A DNA stretch of 35,142 nt from a virus (Duplodnaviria > Caudoviricetes): positions 1-35,142 of the IMG/VR virus record IMGVR_UViG_3300025133_010191; one strand, given 5' to 3'. Below, in pieces: positions 1 to 9,243 of this stretch; positions within the stretch are counted from its first letter, which is position 1, and each line of letters starts with the position of its first letter. The position numbers and the translations under genes were made by a program. Under the pieces are notes generated by a model. It had not been told where the DNA came from and searched no databases. It saw nothing but the letters and a program-made list of their open reading frames with translations.

Positions 1-693
1 GCTCTTAAATCGACTCTTGTCATTTCCAGCAGCTTCAATCTTCTCTACAACATCAAGAGACTCAATGTATTCTGCAGAGGTTCGAATTCTCTTCACTGGT
101 TTTCTACCAGCAGGAAGCTCAGCGTTCTTCTTTATAGGGTCTGTCACAATCTCAGTTTCATTTTCATCTCCGGGTTCTGATTCCCCGACTGCTGCACTTG
201 AATCTGCAGCGTCAGCAGAGATTAATGCTGACTGAATATATTCCGCAGTGTTTGGTCCTACTCTGCCATCGTTGCGCAGCGCATCAGACTGCAGCTGGAA
301 ACCTTTAACTGTATCATATGTGTTTTTACCGTAGATCCCGTCGACTTTGAGAGGCCGGCCGAGCATGTTATCTGCGTACCCAAGCATATTCATTGCAGCC
401 TGCACTGCTTTCACAGGAGCATCGTCGTTAACTGCTTCATTCAGCAGGCTTATCTCTTCGTTGATGATACGTTTAAGCTCACCCACAGTGAGGCGAAAAG
501 TTGTGCTTTCATTTGACATATTGTTCTCCTGCTCGGCCATCACACCCAACCCCATCGCTGGAGCTCCGAAATCTTCGGGAGGTCGTTCGGTTCGAGCTGC
601 TTTTGCTTTTTCAGTATTCTTGTGAAATGTCTCTTCAGGAGTTCCCGATCGAAATCGGATGATCATCTTTTTTGGTTTGGAAGATACACTCAT
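1..693 (-). CDS. Peptidoglycan-binding domain protein with internal 'LKRIINEE' leader motif; runs off the left edge (missing from the ORF track)
   Basis: Hand translation from ATG 693 (AGGAG upstream) is open to position 1. A second in-frame ATG at 519 has its own AGGAG: MSNESTTFRLTVGELKRIINEEISLLNE...VKAVQAAMNMLGY...LKVDGIYGKNT...VKGFQ...DGRVGPNT, a typical PG_binding_1 pattern. Confidence 0.85.
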   Translation of the reverse strand, partial: MSVSSKPKKMIIRFRSGTPEETFHKNTEKAKAARTERPPEDFGAPAMGLGVMAEQENNMSNESTTFRLTVGELKRIINEEISLLNEAVNDDAPVKAVQAAMNMLGYADNMLGRPLKVDGIYGKNTYDTVKGFQLQSDALRNDGRVGPNTAEYIQSALISADAADSSAAVGESEPGDENETEIVTDPIKKNAELPAGRKPVKRIRTSAEYIESLDVVEKIEAAGNDKSRFKS

Positions 694-723
694 GGATACT
701 CCTAGAAGATTCATAGACACAGT

Positions 724-731
724 ATAACTAT
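724..731 (-). promoter_or_regulatory. ATAnwTAT motif, putative phage late promoter (ATAGTTAT)
   Basis: Intergenic, upstream of ATG 693. Confidence 0.4.
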
Positions 732-773
732 TACGTTAAGGAGTAAAATGTATCAGCCCTATCTAGACAGAGT

Positions 774-1187
774 TCAACCTTTGAATTGCAGGCGAGAACC
801 TGGGCCAATACCCCGATCTTTACACCACCCGAGCGGCACCTCAAGGACGAACTTCGCGGGTCCAGAGGAGAGCATTTTCTCTTCGGAATGCGGGACGCCT
901 TCTTCCACATTTAGGATCTGGCCGGAAGAGTCAGCGAAGGCCACCTCTAGCGGGAGGGAAGTATTTCTCATCCAGAAAGATTGTTGAGCTTCTCGAGGAA
1001 AGATAAATAGCATTCCTTCTCCGTCGCCCAGACTCCTGCGTCCCATCAGGCCTTGCATGCGAGATCGGTCATCGGAAGCCAGTTCACAGTCCACAGAATG
1101 ACCGTCAACAGCGATCGATTGGCGAGGTTGAGTAGATACTCGACTCAGTTCTTCTTTAATGATCTCGACCAACCTGGACCTTCTCAT
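774..1187 (-). CDS. DUF192 family protein with N-terminal 'LVEIIKEEL' leader
   Basis: Motifs GLMGR, GMLFIF, FWMRNTSLPLEVAF, VLEVP.G. Start at 1187 overlaps the upstream stop (ATGA). Confidence 0.85.
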   Translation of the reverse strand: MRRSRLVEIIKEELSRVSTQPRQSIAVDGHSVDCELASDDRSRMQGLMGRRSLGDGEGMLFIFPREAQQSFWMRNTSLPLEVAFADSSGQILNVEEGVPHSEEKMLSSGPAKFVLEVPLGWCKDRGIGPGSRLQFKG

Positions 1188-1540
1188 GTATCTTTCCCTA
1201 CGCTGTAGTCCATCCAAGCATATGCCTGGCGAGTCGGTATGTATAATTGATTATCATCGTTGTTGTAAGCTTCCATCTCAAATCGAATCGATTGATACGC
1301 TCCTTTGGGGCCTCGAGCCCTTAGGCCGGACAACCAGTCGAACAAGTATACCGCGTAGAATCCGATCACCAGAGTTTCCTTCTGTTGTTCAATGTGAATC
1401 CTCTCGTGATTGATCAGTCTGTCGGATTCGTGATCGGGATGCACGAAGATGAACGGGAACAAGGTGATGCCACCCACCGAGAAGAACCAGGATGCGAGCC
1501 ACGGAATTAGGCGGCCGCGAATGATCCAGCCTTGAAACAT
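1184..1540 (-). CDS. Conserved membrane-associated HExxH (zincin-like) protein
   Basis: GITLFPFIF...LINHERIHIEQQKE...IRFEMEAY. Confidence 0.7.
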   Translation of the reverse strand: MFQGWIIRGRLIPWLASWFFSVGGITLFPFIFVHPDHESDRLINHERIHIEQQKETLVIGFYAVYLFDWLSGLRARGPKGAYQSIRFEMEAYNNDDNQLYIPTRQAYAWMDYSVGKDT

Positions 1541-1851
1541 CAGGTATCTCCTTCTAGAAGGTTAGATGCCAGACGAAGTGCTAGCCCTGTGGGAAGCATG
1601 CCTAAGCGCTTGGATGTATCGATTACATCTAGATACCTATCTTTCATAGACTGCGGTAGATTACTACCATTGCTATTTAGAGACCAGATCAGAATATCAG
1701 AGTCTAAGTCGACTAGGTCGTCCAGTAGATTTTTTACTCTTAGGCATTCCAGGGATGGATCATCTTGGATCTGGTTGTAAATCTCATCGTAGATTCCGGT
1801 GAGGAAGCCTAGCGCAGGATGGGTAAGCATGGGTTTCACTTTGTTAGTCAT
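1540..1851 (-). CDS. Hypothetical helical protein, paralog 1 of a tandem triplet
   Basis: RVKNLLDD...RYLDVIDTSKRLGML resembles 2232..2621. Confidence 0.7.
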   Translation of the reverse strand: MTNKVKPMLTHPALGFLTGIYDEIYNQIQDDPSLECLRVKNLLDDLVDLDSDILIWSLNSNGSNLPQSMKDRYLDVIDTSKRLGMLPTGLALRLASNLLEGDT

Positions 1852-2200
1852 CAGATTCTCCGCTTAGATCGACCAGGATTGATGCTCGGCGCGCTGATGT
1901 AATTATCTGCTCTAGCTCAAATGCCCATGGGGTGGTCCACACTCCGGCATGGGTCGCGATTTCTAATAGAAGATTACGAGCGTCTTCACGAATGTTGACA
2001 ATCCTTAAGACTAAATCCTCTTCGGGTAGACTTTGAATTTTTTTCAATATATTGAGCAGGCTAGAGATAGCAGAATGTCTTGCCATGCCTCTGGAGTCCC
2101 GGGGTGTATATATTACCCCTCTGAGTGGTGGTGGAATCAACTGTGAACCTCCGATCTTGAACCTGACGGTCTTTTTTGGCATGGCATCCTCGATGGTCAT
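1844..2200 (-). CDS. Hypothetical helical protein, divergent paralog 2
   Basis: LRIVNIREDARNL...IITSARRASIL weakly matches both neighbours; GAGG RBS. Confidence 0.6.
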   Translation of the reverse strand: MTIEDAMPKKTVRFKIGGSQLIPPPLRGVIYTPRDSRGMARHSAISSLLNILKKIQSLPEEDLVLRIVNIREDARNLLLEIATHAGVWTTPWAFELEQIITSARRASILVDLSGESDD

Positions 2201-2231
2201 GTCCTCAAAAAGAACGCAACAACATTATGAA

Positions 2232-2621
2232 CTACATTATCCCCAAGCGCTTAGTTGTTTTGATCACGTCAAAATATCTTTGAAAAAACTCGGCCGGCCA
2301 AGTTACATCCACATCATCATCAAGAAGCTCTCTGACGTCTTTTTGAAGAGATTCAATATCATCTCTTAGATTGTTTACGCGGGGATTATTAAATCCAGAA
2401 TCGCTATCTTGGAGTGCTTTAATCTTTTCAATAATTTCGGGCAGAGTCAATGTATCTTCATCAATAAGATCAAAGGTATTTTGTCGATCATCCGACAATA
2501 TGTCATCTGGGTATTTCATACAGACATAACTATCTCGGTACGAAAGTTGATGACTTACTCGATCAAGAATTTTACTTCTCTTACCACCCTTTGAAGAGTG
2601 CATTTGTTGTTCCTGTCGCAT
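2232..2621 (-). CDS. Hypothetical helical protein, paralog 3
   Basis: RVNNLRDD...RYFDVIKTTKRLGIM; true start probably downstream of 2621. Confidence 0.7.
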   Translation of the reverse strand: MRQEQQMHSSKGGKRSKILDRVSHQLSYRDSYVCMKYPDDILSDDRQNTFDLIDEDTLTLPEIIEKIKALQDSDSGFNNPRVNNLRDDIESLQKDVRELLDDDVDVTWPAEFFQRYFDVIKTTKRLGIM

Positions 2622-3037
2622 AGATCGAATCGGGCTGTTATATAAATGCGGGCTGGGCCTTTTCTCAACGCAACAAGAAGAGAAGTAAAGACAAGCGTTC
2701 GATTGTCGGCGATGCTGTTTGCGTCGCGGCCGACGAAGGATTTCTTCTGGAGGATAACATGTCTAGATGTTGCTAGTCTTATAGAAATTGAATCTTTATC
2801 TATCTCTTTATCCCACATCTCTACGAGCGAGATTCTAAAAAATATTCTTTCTTTCCGCTTCATTTTTGTCGGAACAGAAACTTCTAGCATCGGTTGGTCT
2901 GTGATCTTTGTGGATGCGGCTGCCAGAGTTTCTGGGATTGCAGGCAGTACATTTTGTCTTTGCAGATGGGTATTCCCATGACAAGAACTAAAAAACACAA
3001 GAAACGCAAGGAGAGCAGTGTGTCTCATGTGGGTCAA
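2555..3037 (-). CDS. Predicted lipoprotein, possibly DsbD N-terminal-like beta-sandwich
   Basis: Signal peptide and lipobox FSSC; beta-rich body ending FDLCDRNNKC, a cysteine pair placed as in DsbD-alpha-like domains. Confidence 0.45.
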   Translation of the reverse strand: MTHMRHTALLAFLVFFSSCHGNTHLQRQNVLPAIPETLAAASTKITDQPMLEVSVPTKMKRKERIFFRISLVEMWDKEIDKDSISIRLATSRHVILQKKSFVGRDANSIADNRTLVFTSLLVALRKGPARIYITARFDLCDRNNKCTLQRVVREVKFLIE

Positions 3038-3672
3038 TCCTCGCTAAGCTCACCGAGAAATGCATCTCTCCAATTAGATCTATCCCCGGAAGATCCTCCG
3101 CAGGATCTGCTATACTCATATGTAAAATCATCGCCATCTAGAATTGCCATAAATGGTAGGCTATATGAGCCATTTGCGGGGCATGCATTTATTATTCCGC
3201 TGAATGTCTTATTCCAGTTCGGATCAATAAGAACTCTTGCAGGATCTGCTTCGATCTCTGCAGCGTAGTCCATGCATTCCTCTAGCGATATGTCTGGGCT
3301 CCTGGCGTTATCTTGCCCCTCAATGATGTAATAGTCCCAATCGGCTTCTTCGCCCCCAGAAAGAATAAAATCATAAGTGAGACCTCTGAAATATCCCTTG
3401 CATGCTCCGCACCAAAATGCGCCGATTCCCAAGACTGTTAATTTCTTTTCTCCACAAGAAGACTGGATATTCACCCTGTCTCCATAGCAATTTATGAAAG
3501 TCTCGTCTGCGATCTGGTCGCCCACGTTGGTTCCCGTACCTAAAGGCTCACAAGAGTGCTCATTGGGTGGGGGCTGTGTTACAGGTGGATTGTTTCGTTC
3601 TTCGTTCGCTTTCTCTGTACCGCAAGCAGAAAGAACTGCAAAAGCTAAAAGTAATAGGTAGTTTTTAATCAT
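3034..3672 (-). CDS. Thioredoxin-fold (TlpA/redoxin-like) lipoprotein
   Basis: GAGGAG RBS before ATG 3672; lipobox LSAC; Pro-rich linker; GTNVGDQIAD, AFWCGAC (CxxC) and cis-Pro-like LPFMAILD. Confidence 0.7.
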   Translation of the reverse strand: MIKNYLLLLAFAVLSACGTEKANEERNNPPVTQPPPNEHSCEPLGTGTNVGDQIADETFINCYGDRVNIQSSCGEKKLTVLGIGAFWCGACKGYFRGLTYDFILSGGEEADWDYYIIEGQDNARSPDISLEECMDYAAEIEADPARVLIDPNWNKTFSGIINACPANGSYSLPFMAILDGDDFTYEYSRSCGGSSGDRSNWRDAFLGELSED

Positions 3673-3689
3673 GATGACTCCTCGCATAA

Positions 3690-3697
3690 ATAAGTAT
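3690..3697 (-). promoter_or_regulatory. ATAnwTAT motif (ATACTTAT)
   Basis: Just upstream of the RBS of 3034..3672. Confidence 0.5.
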
Positions 3698-3721
3698 GGA
3701 GAAGCCAAGCGTTAGAATGAT

Positions 3722-4306
3722 TTATTCATCATCCTCGTCGAGAAGGCCCATACTTTTAAGGTAGTTCCTCACCAGGACATTAACAGGAACCCCAGTGATG
3801 TTAGTGATCCAACTATCCGCTGTGAAGGGCTTATCGAGGTCGAGATTCTTCTCTGTCGCTGGCAGCCAACCAGACGGACGTCTTTTCGCTGCTTCGCGGA
3901 TTAACTCTTTTAGCTGTCCTAGTTTTATCTTCATCTTGCCTTCCTCGAACTTTGTAGGAGCATCCTGCATATCTTGACGCTTCCACTCCCTCTCGGTGGC
4001 GGTGACTTGTCGTTCAATATCACGTTCCCGTTCGGGGGTCTGATGAGACCGATCGTCCCCGGGGGCGTCGCCGAAAACTTGACTGTAGGCTTCATCACCC
4101 TCGGGATCAGGGATGTCCATCTTAAACATCACATCCAGTTTGGACTTTTCGTGCGGGTTGGTTATGATGATGGGGTCATCGTTCTGGAAGTTCCCGCCCT
4201 CTTCCTTGGGTGCACTGATCACCACATCCACAGTCCAAGGCTTGTTCGAGAACTGTGTCAAGCGTTCCCGTATCAGCTGTCTTAGCTGTGCTTCTGTGAG
4301 CTTCAT
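3722..4306 (-). CDS. Leader-motif protein with two copies of the motif
   Basis: N-terminal MKLTEAQLRQLIRERL; internal MKIKLGQLKELIREA from ATG 3934. Confidence 0.8.
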   Translation of the reverse strand: MKLTEAQLRQLIRERLTQFSNKPWTVDVVISAPKEEGGNFQNDDPIIITNPHEKSKLDVMFKMDIPDPEGDEAYSQVFGDAPGDDRSHQTPERERDIERQVTATEREWKRQDMQDAPTKFEEGKMKIKLGQLKELIREAAKRRPSGWLPATEKNLDLDKPFTADSWITNITGVPVNVLVRNYLKSMGLLDEDDE

Positions 4307-4629
4307 CTTCTTTCACTTTTCTTATAGCTTAAGTAATCCATGTCGTCAATGAACTTCTTAATTTCGCCCACTGCCTCGTCTTTACTTTTCCAGACGCGCT
4401 CGCCGAGCCTGTCTCGGATAAAGTCTTTAGTAATCTCCTTGTAGCCATACTCCAGGCCCCGATGGTTTTGATCCAGGTATTCTTCTAACTCGAAGATTGT
4501 TGGGCCGGATCCGTAACCTGATCCTCTCACATTAGATGAAGCATGACCACCCATACTTCCCCCGCCGAAAGTATACTCATTGAGCTCCTCGCGGATGATC
4601 TGTTGTAATCTGGCGCTTGTGATTTTCAT
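4303..4629 (-). CDS. Leader-motif protein
   Basis: MKITSARLQQIIREELNE from ATG 4629, followed by a Gly-rich segment. Confidence 0.8.
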   Translation of the reverse strand: MKITSARLQQIIREELNEYTFGGGSMGGHASSNVRGSGYGSGPTIFELEEYLDQNHRGLEYGYKEITKDFIRDRLGERVWKSKDEAVGEIKKFIDDMDYLSYKKSERR

Positions 4630-4633
4630 GTTA

Positions 4634-5029
4634 TTATCTGTCACCCGCTGCTTGGGCATCTAACTCAACTTCTTCATCGCCCTCGCTGTGGAGTTTTTGT
4701 GCTTCCTCTATGGCGATCAATATCTCTTCTGCTTCAGTTGCACCACCCATCATTCTAAGTGGGCGAGCCAGTCTTTCCATTGCTAGATCAAGAGCATTTG
4801 GGTTTACTTCGTATGCTGCTTCTTTGAATCCATCACTGTCATCGCCATGATTATAATATGCTGAAACAATCTGATCAACTTGTTCCTGCACAGCTGTGCC
4901 AAGTGATGCGTAAGCCTTTGCAAAGTCTATAAGCTCTGAGCCTGTTTCAACTGCCATTCCCCACGATTCATTTATGTGGTTCAATTCTTCCTGAATGATC
5001 TGTTGTAGTTTTCTTTTTGTGATTTTCAT
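4634..5029 (-). CDS. Leader-motif acidic protein
   Basis: MKITKRKLQQIIQEELNHINE; AGGG RBS. Confidence 0.85.
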   Translation of the reverse strand: MKITKRKLQQIIQEELNHINESWGMAVETGSELIDFAKAYASLGTAVQEQVDQIVSAYYNHGDDSDGFKEAAYEVNPNALDLAMERLARPLRMMGGATEAEEILIAIEEAQKLHSEGDEEVELDAQAAGDR

Positions 5030-5039
5030 GTTTTTTCCC

Positions 5040-5615
5040 TTACATTGAGTCCATTATGAAGGCGCGCAGTTGGTCCTCGTCATCGAAGTGCCAGAGCAGC
5101 TCATCCCACTCATCTGCCTGAAAGTGGTGTTGAGCGGAATCCGCAAGGTCGAAAGCAACAACATCTATAGGATATTCTTGATCGCCTGCAGCGTGATCTG
5201 CTTCCCAACCTCTGGCGGCATCATCTGCCCACTTACGAAGGCGTTCTTTTAGGCTGTCGATGTCCAGTCTTTCTTGGTCGGTCTGATCTGCAGCGCGTTG
5301 CTTCTCACGCTCTGGTCTATCATAGACATCATCGATGTGACCCTCAAGCTTTTCGAAATCAGCGCTGCTAAGTTCGATGCTTCGTTCAGTTCCGTCTTTG
5401 TCATCGCCTCGAACGGACAGACTAAGCTTTTCGATAAACTCATCGGCTTTAGCGGCAGGTATGCCTCTTTTAGTTCCCGCGCCGATGTAAAGCACCTCGC
5501 CGGTTTCTACATCAACGATATCAATTGTGTCCAGGTCGTTGTCAGCTTGCTCGCCAAGAACTCGTGTGAGCTCCTCCTGGATGATTTGCTTAAGTTTGCC
5601 TGCTGCGATTTTCAT
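5040..5615 (-). CDS. Leader-motif acidic protein
   Basis: AAGGAG RBS before ATG 5615; MKIAAGKLKQIIQEELTRVLGE. Confidence 0.85.
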   Translation of the reverse strand: MKIAAGKLKQIIQEELTRVLGEQADNDLDTIDIVDVETGEVLYIGAGTKRGIPAAKADEFIEKLSLSVRGDDKDGTERSIELSSADFEKLEGHIDDVYDRPEREKQRAADQTDQERLDIDSLKERLRKWADDAARGWEADHAAGDQEYPIDVVAFDLADSAQHHFQADEWDELLWHFDDEDQLRAFIMDSM

Positions 5616-5625
5616 TTTAATCTCC

Positions 5626-6345
5626 TTATTCGTACCCGAAATCTTTAGCAGTGCCAACGGCACGTGTCATAATAAAATCTTCACTGTATTCTTCGACAGC
5701 GCGTTCAACCCAGCTAGGACGACCACGCTTTGTGTATTGCTCAGGGCCTACCTTAACCATGATGATATCTCTAGCGACTTCCTGTGCAGAGACTTGACCT
5801 TCTGCAGCACTGACTGGGAAATCTTCGAGTGCTTTCGTCATCAATTCGTCAAAATCATCAAGCGCTGATCCTGGGGCTGCTCCGCTGTCAGTTCCTTGTC
5901 GGGAACCTTCCAGTTCAATTTCTCGCACAATATCAGCTATGGATTTTGTCATTGGGACGTTGCGCTCAAGGATATCCTGGACATCTTGTCCGTATTCTTG
6001 CTCGTCTTCCTTGCTTAGCTTCCCAGAAGTATAAGCTTCCAGCCCAAGCATAATGACGTCTAACACTAGTCCCATATTCTCAGATTCAGATTCAGCTTCT
6101 GTTCTTCGATACGATGTTTCAGATAAAGAGCCGAGCTCCTCTTGAATCATTTGTCTAAGCTGTCCTGCTGTGATTTTCATGGTTGATTCTCCAATTTCTA
6201 TTGCGGCGATTTGCCCTTGCATTTTCTTTTTACTTGTATGACAAGCACGGTGCTTCTTGCCTTTTTTATCTGTGTAAGTGAGCACATATTTGCCCAGGTC
6301 GCCGTCTGACTGTTTGCATTTCTGTGTATGCTTCTTGTAGGGCAT
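5626..6345 (-). CDS. Two-part protein: basic N-terminal domain plus internal leader-motif acidic domain
   Basis: GAGG RBS; MPYKK...CHTSKKKMQGQIAAIE, then GGAG and in-frame ATG 6180 MKITAGQLRQMIQEELGSLSE. Confidence 0.8.
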   Translation of the reverse strand: MPYKKHTQKCKQSDGDLGKYVLTYTDKKGKKHRACHTSKKKMQGQIAAIEIGESTMKITAGQLRQMIQEELGSLSETSYRRTEAESESENMGLVLDVIMLGLEAYTSGKLSKEDEQEYGQDVQDILERNVPMTKSIADIVREIELEGSRQGTDSGAAPGSALDDFDELMTKALEDFPVSAAEGQVSAQEVARDIIMVKVGPEQYTKRGRPSWVERAVEEYSEDFIMTRAVGTAKDFGYE

Positions 6346-6363
6346 TGTTAAACCTCGCTGTTC

Positions 6364-6371
6364 ATAAGTAT
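6364..6371 (-). promoter_or_regulatory. ATAnwTAT motif (ATACTTAT)
   Basis: Upstream of the leader-motif operon beginning at 6345. Confidence 0.5.
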
Positions 6372-6461
6372 CATTTTACTGGGATAAATGTTATTGTTTT
6401 TCAAGCCCGTGGCACATGTGAGTGTTTTCTCTTCTTATCGTCAATCGGCACAGACATCTGC

Positions 6462-6974
6462 TTATCGTAATCTCGCACTCCGTCTCCGCCTGGAACCGGT
6501 GTTTGAGCAGCGCCTCTTCGTCCTGTTTGGTGTGGCTTTCAGTCGCTGCGGGTTTGGATCAGACTCCGCCTGCTCGTTTACATTCTCATTTCTTCTCTTG
6601 GAAGGTGTTACATGTCCAGGCAAGCTTTTTCGATGCTTTGGTTCTTTGGCCTTATGGCCTTTAACCTTCTGTCCAAGCTTTGCTAGATTTTTTAATTCTT
6701 TGTTGGTGATCTCGCCGCTATACAAAGCCCATGCTGCTCCACCATAACTCTTTATCTTTCTCTCAGCTGCTTTTCGAGCTTTTCCTCGCTTCATGCGAGC
6801 AGAGTATGCGATTCCAGCAGCCATTTGTTGAGCTTGAGATTCTGTGGATCCTTGCTCCCGGTACGGCGGTGGCCCGTCTGTCTTTGAAGCAGACCGAGTT
6901 GATGACTTTCTTTTCTCTTGAAGTATCAGCTCTTCTCGAATGATAGCTTTAAGCTCAGAGAGTTTAATTTTCAT
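6462..6974 (-). CDS. Leader-motif basic protein with DUF3008-like domain
   Basis: MKIKLSELKAIIREELILQE from ATG 6974; SQAQQMAAGIAYSAR...GAAWALY...KELKNLAK...LPGHV resembles the DUF3008 pattern as recalled. Confidence 0.6.
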   Translation of the reverse strand: MKIKLSELKAIIREELILQEKRKSSTRSASKTDGPPPYREQGSTESQAQQMAAGIAYSARMKRGKARKAAERKIKSYGGAAWALYSGEITNKELKNLAKLGQKVKGHKAKEPKHRKSLPGHVTPSKRRNENVNEQAESDPNPQRLKATPNRTKRRCSNTGSRRRRSARLR

Positions 6975-7010
6975 GGCAGGCCCTTCCCCTTCAATACAAT
7001 CTAACAAACA

Positions 7011-7018
7011 ATAAATAT
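7011..7018 (-). promoter_or_regulatory. ATAnwTAT motif (ATATTTAT)
   Basis: Upstream of ATG 6974. Confidence 0.5.
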
Positions 7019-7050
7019 CACTTATCGCTCATAAAAGATCGTTTGGAGAT

Positions 7051-7227
7051 TTAATCTCTTGTGGCAGGGGCTACCAGCTCTCTGGGCAGCCAAATATTCT
7101 CTTCTTTGATTTGTAGATAATACTTTTCATTCAACGTGTCAAATCCGAGTATTCTAGCATCAGTAGGTTCAAAATTCTCATGAGCAAGGCACTGAACTTT
7201 GGTTCCAAAAGGTAGGGCAGTAGTCAT
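7051..7227 (-). CDS. 58-aa small SH3-like protein (missing from the ORF track)
   Basis: AAGGAG RBS; MTTALPFGTKVQCLAHENFEPTDARILGFDTLNEKYYLQIKEENIWLPRELVAPATRD. Confidence 0.7.
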   Translation of the reverse strand: MTTALPFGTKVQCLAHENFEPTDARILGFDTLNEKYYLQIKEENIWLPRELVAPATRD

Positions 7228-7275
7228 ATATAAACTCCTTAAGAGAAATATACTCTGTTTACCTCAATTGTTAAC

Positions 7276-9177
7276 TTAATCTCCGCCGGATTCGATATCT
7301 ACTGCATGTTCAAAATCTGATTTTTCATCTATAACACCTACTGGGGGTATTTCTTTGTCGCCCTCAAAAACCCATCGGATCTCTTCGGCGTCAATAGTTT
7401 CCTTCTCCATCAAGCTCTCAGTCATGAAATCAATCTTGTCCTTGTGTGTAACTAAAATGTGTTTCGCATCTCTAATACAAAGATCGATGATCTTGCGAAT
7501 CTCATCGTCCAGCTGCTTAGCTGTCTCGTCACTGCACTCACTTCGCCTAGACATTGCCATCTCACGACCCAAGAACACATTCTCATTTCCTGATCCCATA
7601 TAGATGGGTCCAAGAGACGACATGCCGAAATCTCGGACCATGCGTGATGCTATTTGTTTAACTCGCTTTAAGTCATTGGAGACACCTGTGGTTGAGCCTT
7701 TTTCACCGTAATACATGCGCTCAGCCAGATATCCGCCAAGAAGAACTTTAATTCGATCTTCGTATTCCTGCCAAGTTGAAGAGTACTTATCTTCCTCGGG
7801 TAGCTGCATGGTTAATCCGAGCGCTCGGCCGTGAGGAATAATCGTCACTTTGTGAAGAGGATCAGATGACGATGTGTAGTAAGCAACAACCGCATGACCC
7901 GCTTCATGACGAGCAGTAGCAAGCTTTTGCTCTTCAGACATTGCCATAGATTTTCTTGGTGCGCCCATCGTAATCTTGTCTCTTGCTGTTTCAAAATCCT
8001 GCTGGCCGACTCTGTCGGCATCTCGTCGGCCGGCCATAAGTGAGGCCTCATTGATAAGATTTGCTAAGTCAGCTCCTGAAAATCCGGGGGTAGATTTAGC
8101 AACTATCTTTAGATCAACAGCAGGATCAAGAGGCACATCTTTTGCGTGCACATCGAGGATCATTTTGCGACCCTTGATATCGGGTAGAGGTACTACAACT
8201 TGACGATCGAATCGGCCAGGCCGAAGAAGCGCGGGGTCTAAAACATCTGGGCGGTTAGTTGCTGCAAGAACAATAATACCGCTATTATCTTCAAATCCAT
8301 CTAGCTCAACCAGTAACTGATTTAATGTCTGCTCTCGCTCATCATGTCCGCCACCCATGCCGGCGCCTCGTTGTCGACCGACAGCATCGATCTCGTCGAT
8401 GAAAATAATACAAGGTGCATTTGCTTTAGCTTGAGCGAATAAATCTCGAACTCGGCCGGCGCCGACTCCGACAAACATCTCGACAAAATCCGACCCGGAC
8501 ATACTGAAGAAGAATACATTAGCTTCGCCAGCCACAGCTTTTGCAAGAAGTGTCTTTCCTGTGCCTGGGGGGCCCGATAGCAACATGCCGGTGGGCATTT
8601 TACTGCCCAGCTTATAATACTTCTTTGGATTCCGGAGGAAATCGACGACTTCCTCTAAGTCTTCTTTTGCTTCATCGCACCCTGCAACATCTTTAAAAGC
8701 AGTAGTGTTAGATCCTGGAGGGATTATTTTGTGCTTGCTTTTGTTAAAGTCCATTGCTTTGCCCTGGTTCTTTCCCATGCTCTTAATGAACAAAAAGAAG
8801 ACGCCAAAGATGAGAATGAAAGGCAGGATATTGATAATAAGCGCCCAGAACATGTTCGGTCGAACTTGAGGTTTAATTATAAGTCTCAATCCCGGGTGAT
8901 GCTTTTGAGTCAGCTCCAGCAAATTCTCAGTAATGGGACCAACTGTTATCAACACTCTATCTATTTCAGGTTGATTCAATTCCCACTGGTCCCCTTCGAT
9001 CGTGAGAACAGCGGGAGGGTCAGAGTTCTCTGGCAGATCTTGAATAATCTTCACCATCTCTGTATAACTGATCTTTTCTTTTTGTACTTTCACCCCTTGG
9101 GGAAATGAGATCAGCGCAAAAATACACAAAAATGCTGCGAGCCAAATAAGCCAAGTTTTAGATCTAAAAATTTGCAA
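7276..9177 (-). CDS. ftsH: ATP-dependent zinc metalloprotease FtsH
   Basis: Two N-terminal TM segments, Walker A GPPGTGKT, Walker B IIFIDEID, pore motif [30 protein letters not shown] zinc motif. Confidence 0.97.
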   Translation of the reverse strand: MQIFRSKTWLIWLAAFLCIFALISFPQGVKVQKEKISYTEMVKIIQDLPENSDPPAVLTIEGDQWELNQPEIDRVLITVGPITENLLELTQKHHPGLRLIIKPQVRPNMFWALIINILPFILIFGVFFLFIKSMGKNQGKAMDFNKSKHKIIPPGSNTTAFKDVAGCDEAKEDLEEVVDFLRNPKKYYKLGSKMPTGMLLSGPPGTGKTLLAKAVAGEANVFFFSMSGSDFVEMFVGVGAGRVRDLFAQAKANAPCIIFIDEIDAVGRQRGAGMGGGHDEREQTLNQLLVELDGFEDNSGIIVLAATNRPDVLDPALLRPGRFDRQVVVPLPDIKGRKMILDVHAKDVPLDPAVDLKIVAKSTPGFSGADLANLINEASLMAGRRDADRVGQQDFETARDKITMGAPRKSMAMSEEQKLATARHEAGHAVVAYYTSSSDPLHKVTIIPHGRALGLTMQLPEEDKYSSTWQEYEDRIKVLLGGYLAERMYYGEKGSTTGVSNDLKRVKQIASRMVRDFGMSSLGPIYMGSGNENVFLGREMAMSRRSECSDETAKQLDDEIRKIIDLCIRDAKHILVTHKDKIDFMTESLMEKETIDAEEIRWVFEGDKEIPPVGVIDEKSDFEHAVDIESGGD

Positions 9178-9214
9178 ACTACATCACTCCCTTTTGAAGG
9201 TGAACTTACAAAAT

Positions 9215-9222
9215 ATAAGTAT
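9215..9222 (-). promoter_or_regulatory. ATAnwTAT motif (ATACTTAT)
   Basis: Upstream of ftsH. Confidence 0.5.
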
Positions 9223-9243
9223 AATGCTTCTGTTCAAGTCGAA

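Noticed and set aside
7011-7018. T4-type late promoter (TATAAATA) read on the plus strand
   Set aside because: The motif consistently sits upstream of minus-strand genes with no plus-strand gene downstream, so the minus-strand reading is preferred.
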